Assembly: GCA_013239625.1 (NCBI GenBank)
Contig: MU054220.1
Location: 7,413,367 to 7,477,366 of the forward strand
Reading direction: 5' to 3'
DNA length: 64,000 nucleotides
Origin: Lama guanicoe
Taxonomy: Eukaryota
This document shows, one piece after another, positions 27,150-37,890 of this stretch. Position 1 is the first letter of the stretch. The number at the start of each line of letters is the position of its first letter. A model generated the notes under the pieces. It ran no database searches. It was given only the letters and a program-made list of their open reading frames with translations, and was not told where the DNA came from. The translations under genes were made by a program, and so were the position numbers.

Positions 27150-28548
27150 TTAATACATATTGTATATTTTTAGGTTCTACAATGTGATGTTTTGATATAT
27201 GTTTACACCATAAAATAGTTACCACAATCAACCTAATTAACATATTTATCACCTCACATAGTTGCTCCCCTTTCCGTTTGTAGTGAAAACCCTCAGTAAA
27301 TTTCAAATATACGATACATTATTCATGACTCTAACCACCACACTATACATTAGGTCTACAGAACTCATTCCTGTTATAACTGAAAGTGTATACTATTTGA
27401 TCAATATATCCCCTTTTCCTCCAACCTCCCAGTCCCTGGGATGTATCATTCTACTCCCTGGTACTATGCATTTGGCTTTTTTCATCTTCCACATAAAGCG
27501 AGATCACGCAATATGTGTCTTTCTGTGTCTGGCTTATTTTGCTTAGACTCAGATCCTCCGGGTTCATCCACATTGCTGCAAATGGCAGGATCTCCTTCTT
27601 TGTTAAGGATGAATACTATTCCATTACATACAAAGATATATGTATATGTAAAATTTCACTTGTCAGTGGGCACTTAAGTTGTTTCCATCTCTTGACTCTT
27701 GTGAATCATGCTGTCATAAACACGGGGGTGTATACATCTCTTTAAGATAATGATTTTATTTTCTTTGTTTATATACCCAGAAGTGAGATGGCTGGGCCAT
27801 ATGGAAGTTCTTTTGATTTTTGATGGTAGCCTTCATAGCAGGTATGAAGTGGAATCTCATTGTGGTTTTGATTTGCATTTCTCTGATGATTAGTGATGTT
27901 GAACATCTTTTTATATATTTGTTGGCCATTTGCATGACTTCTTTTGAAAAATACCTCTTCAGGTCCTTACCCTATTTTTAATTGGGTTACAATTATTATT
28001 ATCATCATTTGCTATTGAATTGTACGAGTTTCTTAGACAGCTATAGTAATCAAAACTGTATGGTACTGACATGAAAATGAACACATACACTCATGAAACA
28101 GAATACAGAGCCCAGAAGTAAACACACATATATGAGGTCAACTAATCTTCAACAGAAGTGCCAAGAATACACAATGAAGAAAGGATAGTTTATTGAAGAA
28201 GTGATGCTGGGAAAACTGGATATCCACATGCAGAAGAATAAAATTGGCCTTTACCTTATACTATATACAAAAATCAATTTGAAGTGGATTAAATATATGA
28301 TCTGAAGCTGTACAACTCCTAGAAGAAAACATAAGGGAAAATCTCCTTGACATTGGTCTTTGCTATTTTTGGTGGGGGGGGGGAGGTTGACAACAAACAC
28401 TTAGGCACAAAAGTGAAAATAAACAAGTGGGACTATATCAAACTAAAAAAGTTTGTAGAGAGTAAAGGAAGCAATCAGCAAAATGAAAAGGCAACCTCTG
28501 GAATGGGAAAAAATGTTTACAAACCATATATCCTATAAAGGGTTACTA
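27150..28548 (-). mobile_element. L1 with 5' inversion (minus-strand 3' part 27150-28035; inverted ORF2 part 28037-28548)
   Basis: The plus segment ends ..FTNHISYKGLL and the minus segment starts KKLVQFNSK, which are adjacent in L1 ORF2; flanks share CCCAGC...TTATTTAAT. Confidence 0.85.
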
Positions 28549-29739
28549 CCCAGCTTGACTTATTTAATTAGTTATTTTTGTGATGTTGGCAATGTCCTAA
28601 AGATTCCAGTAAAATGAAACAACTCAGCAATCGAACCCAGTGAACTGTTGGGCAAAATAAAATTGGCAAATATATGAGCAGATGCATTTTGGCAAAGAAC
28701 ACTGCAATAACAAAGTTGCGCTGATCATTTGAGCATTGGGTTATTAATAAAGTTCTCCAGGCAATTATACTGTTCTCTTCCTGTGCATTTCTCCTACAGC
28801 ACAAGGTATAATTTTTTGTCTCTGGAATTAACATCCTACCGTTTGATTTACAAGATCTGTTCCCTGTCTCCACTGATAAATATGAGTCATCAACAAATGT
28901 ACACTGCTATTGCGTTGCATTAAATATGTGCAATTTAGATCCCTTGGCTATTGAATTTAGTATAGACATCAGAAAGTAATTCGAATTTAGAAGCCAACTC
29001 CTTGAATGGAATTGTAATAGCCTAGAGCTAATATCCTGCAGCTCGTCAATGGTGACTGTCTTTATTAATTTCTAAATTTTTGTATTAAGATTCAAATTTT
29101 CAAACTTATATGACTCACAGTATCAATAAATCTGGAGAGATATTTCTCTAGCATATATTTTCTAGGCTTACCTAGCTTCAGATAGACTCAAATGTTTAAC
29201 AGTTTTACATCATATTCTACCACAATTCCAGTTCAGCCATTAACTAGTGGGGGAGCAACTTGAAATCTTCCATATTGTAAAGTCATTTAGGATGTGGTTC
29301 TTAAGCTTGTATTTTATATTCATTAAGCTGTTTTAACAACAGTCACAAAAAAGGATTGTCAGGAGATTAAATTGCCTAATTATGAAATATTTATTCTGAG
29401 ATATTCAGTGGCTTTGTATCTAATTATGATGTCTTTTGATGAAGAATCAATTACTAATGCTAAATAAATCATTGTGCCCAGGTAGCAGAAAGTTAATAGA
29501 ACCAAGTTTACACCCAGCTTTGCTACTGTTGGTTTTCTTAGGTCTTGAGCCTGTTTTTGCAAAAAAATCACAACAATTTCTAAGGAGTCTGATATTACTA
29601 TTATTATTATTAAATTAAATGACTTCGATATTTCTCATTGGTTATTAGCTTGCTTTTCTGTCTCTCAAGTGAATAGATTGGTATAGATTTCTGGTGAGCA
29701 CATTGAACTGAGTATATCTTGTACTCAGTTCATCGTATT

Positions 29740-30840
29740 TCCTGGGAGTCTCCATGAAAATCTGTTCAATCTGCTCCTTTCCTACTCTTCATCTTGGTTA
29801 ATGTCAACACCACGCATCTGCTTTTCCAAAGCTAGAATCTCGAAGTTATCCTGAATATTTCCTTCTGCTTTACCATTGAGTTCTCATTCGTTACTAAATA
29901 TTATTGCTTTTCTTTCTCCAATATCACTCACATCCATCCATTCTCCATTTCTACTGCCTTACCGTGGGTGGGTAATATCTCATTGAAGGATTACTGCAAT
30001 GCTCTTGCTCACTTTTTCTTCTTCTTTTCCTCACCCCTAGCCTATCCTTCATGTCTTGTGGCAGTGACCATGCTGTGTGTCCTTCCACTGTTTCTTCTTT
30101 CCGGGCACACAGGTAGGTAGACTGGGGCCAAAACAACCAGTCTGGTCAATGGAACGTGGCCAGAAGTGAATTAGGCTTAGTCCTTAAAGACGCATTTTGC
30201 CTTAGCTTATACTCATTCTCCTCTCCTTCTTGGGGATCTTGGAAGCTTCACGGTCCTGATGGCAAAGCTATGATGGGCAAAGCACAGAGGCAGTGTAGCC
30301 AATGCATTCCTGCTTAATGTGTTTTCTCTAATACACACTTACTCATAGTTTTACAATACCGATGGCTCCCCATTATCAGTAGGATAAGAACTAAATTTCT
30401 TCTTTTGAATCGTAACTTCCTTTAAAACTATGGCCCTGATTTACTTTTCTGTTCTGTTTTTTCCTGCTTTGCGTTCTGTAATCCATGAACTTCTTTCCCA
30501 AGTACACTTCTCTCTGCCTTTGCATGAGTTATTCTTTCTATCTGAACTGCCCTTGCCTCTTCTGTCCTATTCAGACTCAAGACTTAGCTCAAAGGAGGCT
30601 AGATATTCTGGGCAAAGTCATAGACTTTTTTCTTGGGGTTTACACATTTGTCTTCTCTTCCCTTTGTTCAGCCCTGGACGTATCGTCTCAGTGTGATCTG
30701 CTGAAATACTTATTTTCCCCTTTTGACTATTAGTTGTCTGAGGCCAGAGACTGTATGCTTTCTTTTCTCATTCCAAAGTGCCTTGCCCACTGGCTGGCAT
30801 GCAGTTGGCATTTAATATGTATTTGTTGAATGAATGTCGA
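29740..30840. mobile_element. L2 fragments interrupted by an MLT1-type LTR piece (~30057-30300)
   Basis: L2 tail 'tggcatgcagttggcatttaatatgtatttgttgaatgaatg'; MLT-like 'aatggaacgtggccagaagtga'. Confidence 0.6.
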
Positions 30841-32839
30841 ATGAGGAAGAGATTATGTCAACATGGAAAGCTTGGAGAGGCTATTTGAAACTGGTAAAAG
30901 GACTGCTGATGAACTTCAGATGTCTTTTTCCTGGGTTGTTCAAAGTTCTGTCTTTCTTGCCACAGTCCCTGGCCAGCTTGTGTATTTTAATTAACTATTA
31001 GCTCCCCTGGGATATTCAGAAGTGAGCAGTTACTTTGGTAAATATCGTCAGTATAGAGCATCTGGTCTTCTAAGTTTAAAAGCCTCATGTTCAGGTTCTG
31101 TAGGATTGTTCAGTCTAGACAGAGGCAGACCTCTCTCCTGTGGTAATGGCAGGGGAGATTTAAACTCAAGAATGCATCCTGCTACTTAGCATTCGCATGC
31201 TCTCCCAGACAATGACCTTTCATCAGAGTTTCAAGAACCCGCCTCAAAACCAAGCGAAAAGTCAGAGGCGGCTTGTTTCCAGGGATGGCACTGTTTTACT
31301 TGTTTTCTTGATTATTCCATTCACATACTTGGGTGCCCATTAAGAGCGCTGAGGCTGCTTATCAGAAGAGAAGTGGGAATATGAACACTCATGAGTCATT
31401 CAGAAGTATTTACTGTCCCAGGAAAGCCCAGAAGTCATCGAAGTTTAGAACCAAAGCTGAGAGTGATAAAAGATTATCCTGCCTAGAGAGAGAAAGGCAC
31501 CAAGGTCATAAAGAAACTAAGGTTGAAAATATTTTTGAAATAAAATTATGGAGCAGAAAATGTGGTGGAGAGGAAGAAAGGGTTTTTAAAAAAATTATTA
31601 TTATTTCTCGAGACTGCAGTAGGGTTGTATGACATCTTAATGTCCCTCAACTGTACAAGATTCTTGAGTAGCTCTGGGAATTGGGAAGTCTGCAATTTAC
31701 AACTTCTCTCCTCTGTTCTTATAAGCAATTTAACCAAGCTCCTGTTAGCCAGAGACACTTAAGCAACAGAAATCCTAGAGGAGATTTTTAAGCCCATAGT
31801 AAAGATAGTACAATCCTTCTGCATAAAAACAAAGGATTATTAATGCGCGCTGCTGGTGAAGTCTCATTTCACAACCGATGTAACTTTCTGTATTACATCA
31901 GCCCACCAGCACTGGAATGAGCCAAGTCTGGGTGTCATTTATCACTAGGCGTTTTGGGTGCACCAGCCATACAGCCAGCCCTCAGTCTGACCCTTCCGAA
32001 GGCTCACCCCCTGTGAGCAGAGAGGTTTTTATCTGTAGACATGCTTCTCTTTCTCAGGATTCAAATTTATTTTCCTGACATGGTTCACAGCTCCCGTCTC
32101 CAGGTGCTTGTCCTCTGGAGTGAGATCCTGCTTCCGCAATGCACTTCTCACAGCAGGTTGTACCCCTTTGGCAATTTGCAGCACTGGCTCCTTTTCAACT
32201 CTTCAGTCTCAGTTTACGACCCATTTACCTGAATAATTCGTAATCAACTGAGTCGCTGATGTTGCCTTTTGCTGAATCACCCAGGGATGTATGTCACGAG
32301 AAGATGCTGTTGAATGGCTATACTTTGTTTTGTTTTTGTTTTGTTTTATTTTTGCTTTGGTTACTTTTACAGACCTGAGAAAAATACAATCCTCCTCCTT
32401 TCCCGAATGAAACCCTATGTTGAAACAGGCAACATTATTTTACATTTGTCTTTCTTTTTTGTCTTTCTCTTTCTTTCTTTCTTCTTTCTCTCTTTTTAAA
32501 AATAAGTCACCTTGAGGAAAGCTGCAGAATAATAACTGTGGAGAGGCAAGTCCTTTGCTCACACCTAGAATGGACAGTTAATTAGAGATTTTTCCCATCA
32601 TTATATTTCCCCTCTGTTCTCCAGACATTAGATCAGTGGTGCATCACAGTTATACGTTATATGTGAGGTCACACCAGTGTGGCTGTAAGTGCCAACATTA
32701 TTCAATGCATTCATTCCTCAACAAATGTTTATCAAGTGCCTACTATACCGTTGTAGTTATTTACCTACAGGTGCTGAGAATACAGAGTAAACAAGAAAGA
32801 CAGAGTTTTTGCCTCCTTGTATTTTATATTCCTTGGACT

Positions 32840-33397
32840 CCCATGGTAATATTGAAAGCAATTCTTTTGCCCCTTTCCTGTTTGCCCATTTCTGTTTCCC
32901 TCTAACCTTGAAAGAACCTAATTATAGGAATGAAATCACGAGGCAATTTAACCTAACTCCTGACTTGTGCTCTCCTGAATGCACACCATGTCTTGACGAA
33001 CCTGTTGACTCTTTTCCTAGATAAAAGGAAGTACGAATGAAGAATTAAGTAAAGAACGACTAGCTCCCAACCCCCCAAAACCCCCTTTACAGTCCTGCAG
33101 CCAGATCAGGTGGGCAATATAACATCTGAAGGGAGAGTCAGTCAGTCTGCAAACAGTGGAGAATGGTGCAGAATCCAAGCTCCTGCCTCAGTGATTCACT
33201 GAGATTCTTCCCCCTTTTTTCCCTTTAAAAAAAAAAGAGTCATGACTAAGCAGACTCTTCAGAGTTGGCCTCAGGACAGGAGTCCACCTTCCCCCAGATT
33301 GCTGGCCTTTCTGGAAAGCACCTTTCCTCTCTATTGACACTTGGCCTTTGATTATTGGCTTTTGAATAGCAAGCAGCTGGTCCTGAATTCGGTAACA
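32840..33397 (+). mobile_element. ERV1-type LTR (5' boundary uncertain)
   Basis: U5-like end 'cctttgattattggcttttgaatagcaagcagctggtcctgaattcggtaaca'. Confidence 0.6.
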
Positions 33398-34229
33398 GTC
33401 AGGTGTCACTAAAAGATTGCAGGCTTTGAGATCAATGAACCTGAACTTAGTTTCCCCAAATACTAGCATTGTGATATTACAACATACAAGAAAGGATGGT
33501 ACCAGTGGTTTTTACATGGCCTTTGGAACCAGCCAGCCAGTTTCTCTTTCTGACTTTTTGTGACCTTAACCAAATTATTTAACTTCTCTGAGTCTCAGGA
33601 GTTTTTCACTTGTACAGAGGTGGTATTGATATCATTTCCCATCCTAGACAATTGCAAGGCGAAGATCAAGGATAAGGATGAAGTTCATCATACCATTTGT
33701 CTAAGTGTTTAAGGCAAGTGAATATACGGTTAAATATAATGTGCTCCTTACTCTTACCTTGACATTATCATGGAAATCCCAATTTAAAATTTCATAATCT
33801 TGAATTCCACAAAGTTTTGAACATGGAAATCTGGTGCTTGGTGTACAGGTTCCAGCCTGTAGCTCATGCGTTCTTCTGTTCCCACTCCCAGCTCACTCTC
33901 TCACCGTAAGATGACCTCAGACACAAAGCATGTGAAAGCCTGAGCCCACCCAAGTTCCATCTACAGCCCCCCAAACAACTGTCCCCTGAGCACCCCCTGG
34001 CCTAAGGGTGCGTCTACCAGGGTCATAATCTGTTTGCAGGAAATGGGCCTCCAAGTGGTGCTCCTGCAGGCGCTTAAAGTTTGCTTGAAAAGAAGTTGAG
34101 AAATTCCATAATCTCAGGTACCCAGAGCATTACCTATGTTAGAAGATAAACACAGGCGTATTAAACATTTTAAGAGTTTATTTGAAAAAAATCAACTTAA
34201 ATTGGACAGCATTCGACCTAGCAGATGGA

Positions 34230-34324
34230 GGGGGAAGGGCATAGCTCCTGGTAGAGTGTGTACTTAGCATGCACGAGGTCCTGGGTTCAATCCCTCGTAC
34301 CTCTATTTAAAAAATATTTAAAAA
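34230..34324 (+). mobile_element. tRNA-derived SINE (vic-1/ALPINE type)
   Basis: GGGGAAGGGCATAGCTC...GGTTCAATCCC plus A tail; TSD tcgacctagcagatgga / tcaacctaacaaatgga. Confidence 0.9.
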
Positions 34325-34617
34325 TCAACCTAACAAATGGAAAGGAGTGCCAAGGAGCTGTACAAAATAAATAGAAGTTAGCAGAAGGGAGTGGGAATAA
34401 GGAAGGTACATTGGCAAAATGCAGCTTGGTTATTGCAAACTTACTTTCTTTTAGGGAATGGAATGGGTCTATCTGGCAGAATACCTAATGAGTGCTGATC
34501 AGGTGAGTCCTGATTGACTAGTTATTTAAATTTCCATTTCTGGAAGAACTGAAGCTATAAGTTAATTCTTGTTTTGGTGTTATGGAGCTTAGTATAAGCA
34601 ACTCCATTTTGACCCTG

Positions 34618-34961
34618 TTTTCTTTTTCTTTTTCTTTTCTTTTCTTTTCTTTTCTTTTCTTTTCTTTCTTTTCCTTTCCTTTCCTTTCTTTTCCTTTCTT
34701 TTCCTTTCCTTTCCTTTCTTTTCCTTTCTTTTCCTTTCCTTTCCTTTCTTTTCCTTTCTTTTCCTTTCCTTTCCTTTCTTTTCCTTTCTTTTCCTTTCCT
34801 TTCCTTTCTTTTCCTTTCCTTTCCTTTCCTTTCTCTTTCTTTCTTTCTTTCTTTCTTCCTTCCTTCCTTCCTTCCTTTCTTCCTTCCTTCTTTCCTTCCT
34901 TTCTACCTTCCTACCTTCCTACCTTTCTTTCTTCCTTTCTCTCTCTCTCTTTCTTTCTTTC
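34618..34961. repeat. Polypyrimidine compound microsatellite with a 30-bp higher-order unit
   Basis: TTCCTTTCTTTTCCTTTCTTTTCCTTTCCT x4, perfect, at 34681-34800. Confidence 0.95.
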
Positions 34962-35849
34962 AACATCCAGGATTGAAAAAATATCTCTGGGTTCTAGTAC
35001 GCATGCTCTTTTTGGATCCTTGGACTCTTTTCCCATAAGAGTGGCATGGTAGGAGTAAGGCCACAGGGCCAGAGTGGAGCCTTGTTAATTGAGCGACTCT
35101 TAATAACTAAGGGGATTGTGAGTCTTAAATGAAATAACAAAAATTTCTCAGTTCTGGGCTGGAATCATGGTAAATACTTTATAGGCTGGGGATTCAGGGT
35201 TCATGTGTATCAATAGTAGAATAATAAAAAATTTATCATCCTCAAGACGATAATAACATATTTATAGCTTCCAACTCAGGGCCTGGTATTTAGAAAGACG
35301 TTAAAAGATGTTTAAGCCACTTATTCTTCATAGGGCAATAAAAGGTTAGCTGATACCAGTGCCAAGGTCATTGGTGCACTCAGATTCCTAAGTTCTCAAA
35401 GCATCTCCTTCAGCTCTGGTGTCATGCCAAGCTCTGGATATATTTGAAGACAATTTCTCCTTTTTGAGAATATATATTTTTGGGACGGACAGATAGTTTT
35501 CCACTGAGAACAAGGGAGAAGACATCACTGTATTTACATCAACACCAAGCTATCATGAAATTGCTCATCTTTTGATTTTAATTTCATGCCCCTACAGAGG
35601 TGCACTCATAAGAAAACTAGTTTATTCCACTTATCAAAATGAGATGAATGGGTGAGATTTAACGGCAGCAGCTTGATGAATGAATGAGCATATTTTTGTG
35701 ACATTAACACAGTTAATATTCACTCTCTCTCCCCATGATCTCCTACGTCTCCCGATGGCTTGTGGCATAAGAAGAGGCATATTTTAATCCTTAAACAATT
35801 GTAAAAATAAATAAAATAAATGCATTTGAAGTACATAGGAAACTATTTT

Positions 35850-36111
35850 ACTAAAAGAAAAGAGGAAAAGAGGAACAAATATTCATGAGACATAGAGAAA
35901 ATAAATAGCAAAATGGTACATATGTAGGGAAAGATTGAGTGATTTTCCTCTAAACTCAGGACCAGGCAAGAGAGCTACTCTCTGCCCTTACTATTCAATA
36001 TTGTCTTGCCAGTGCAATGAGGACAAGAAAAAAAAATCATGTATGTGAGGAAGAAGCAAAACTGTCTTTAATCTTTGAAAGTATGATTCTCTATGTAGAA
36101 AATCCTAGGAA

Positions 36112-36148
<37 letters not shown>

Positions 36149-36560
36149 CCTAGCTCTAACAAAGCAGTTCAACAAAGTCATTCAATAAAATACCAGTATG
36201 TTTCTATAAAACAAAAGTCACACCAAACATTAAATTTAAAAAATTATGGCATTCACATTTGTACCAAAAAGTATGAAATACTTCACAGTAAAAGTAACAA
36301 AAATGTGAGATGTGCACTGAAATCTACAAAGCATTGCTGAAAGAAGTTAAGGATTTAAACAGGTAAAGAGACACTCTATGTTTATGGATTTGAATATTGA
36401 CTATTATTAAGGTAACAATTCTCTCAGATCAGTGGTTGCCGGGGGCCAGTGTGGGAGTAGAGATTGAGTACAAGCGGACACATTCTTTATGGAATGATGG
36501 AAATATTCTAAACATAGGTCCTGGTGATGGTTGAACAGCTCTATATATTGAGATTCATTT
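35850..36560 (+). mobile_element. Old L1 fragments with (CA)n at 36114-36145
   Basis: ORF2-like KLSLIFESMILYVENP (degenerate FADD-region motif) and 3' UTR 'agatcagtggttgccggggg'. Confidence 0.75.
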
Positions 36561-37832
36561 AGATTAGAAAAGAACTTGAAATTAACTCAATTGATCTCTT
36601 GCTTCCAAATCATATTGTAGAATGCTGTAAGATCACATTTATTGTGGGGCTTCTATATGATATGAATTATGAATTTAAGTCATCAAATTCTCAAAATCTA
36701 TGCCTCTGTTTTATTAGAGTATGATTCTAGACCCCTGAGAGGTTGAATGTGATGCCTAACATAATACGGCCAGTAAATGGTGAAGCCAATATATCAGCCT
36801 GGACCATTGTAGCTTGAAAGTCTGCGTGTGTTTGTGCGTGCATTTCCAATCATGTTTCTATGTGACGTATACATCAACAATGGTGCCGTACATTTGAAAT
36901 GTACTCAATTTTGATGGCTGCAGTTTATCTTGTCTTTGACCTAGTCGTGTTTTCTAAAACTTTTGGCCAACAAAGGAGAAGGTTTTCTTTCCTTAAATCA
37001 AACTCTTCATTTGGTACTTGTTTAAACTCCAGTTCAAAGAGTCTCAATGAACAGAGTCTGGACGTGGATTAATGGGCTGCAGATTCAGATATGAAGTCAG
37101 AGTTGAGATTATAATCTCAGATTCCACAGTTTCTAGCACTGTGAATTTAGAAGCTTCTTCTAATCTTCTTAAAATCTCTGAATGTCGGTTTAAATTGATT
37201 TAAAAAGACTAGAAAAATAACATATCTCACTTTGGAATTGGTAAGAATTCGAGTCGGGTGAGGATGGTAAACACTGTCCCTATGCAAACCCATTCGTATG
37301 GGTCTATTGTTTTCTTTTCTGCATTGGCTTACAAGGAAGCTCATGAGAAGCTCTGGTCCTCACATAACTTCACATAAGAAAGTACCTTTTAATTGTGAAC
37401 TTCCTTCATTGGCTTTTCTTGAAATATAAGCAAACGTCTCCTTTTCAGCTGCTCTGATATTTTTAAGTTTAATTATTACTGTAAATTCAGTGAATGAACT
37501 GCCTTGTCTACTCCCTTGTACTCCAGATTGTTCTCTCTCAACTTATAAAGTGACTCTTGATTAGATAGTCGATACACAGTCACTTGAAAGGGGCACAGTA
37601 ATTGTGTTCACCTCTTCCTTGATGATTCAAGCATCTGATACATTTTCAAGAGACTAGAAGGAATATATCAAGGGACATGAAGTTCTAAATTTTAACCAGT
37701 AATTGTCATCTCTACTCACCCATACATGAACATATCCTCCTAAATCCTAGTGCATAGTCACCAGGGGTTGAAAAGGTTGTATCAAGCCACCATTTTAACC
37801 TCATCTTTCAAAGTAGGTCTCTGCAAGTTGAT

Positions 37833-37890
37833 CACTTCTCTGACATCTTCTTTCTCCTCACCACTTCTCTGACATCTTCTTTCTCCTCAC
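37833..37890. repeat. Perfect 29-bp tandem duplication
   Basis: CACTTCTCTGACATCTTCTTTCTCCTCAC x2. Confidence 0.95.

Larger units (their letters stand above)
34137..34965 (-). mobile_element. ERV1-type solo LTR containing a SINE and an expanded microsatellite
   Basis: TGTT...AACA termini; minus strand 'gggtcaaaatggagttgcttatactaag' resembles MER4-group LTR 5' regions; flanks CCTA and TCCA are not a clean TSD. Confidence 0.65.

Noticed and set aside
34230..34305. tRNA-like sequence with A and B boxes
   Set aside because: A-rich tail, TSD and three dispersed diverged copies identify it as a SINE, not a tRNA gene
34582..35052. 156-aa ORF rich in F/S/P/L
   Set aside because: It is the translation of the pyrimidine microsatellite, which cannot contain stop codons
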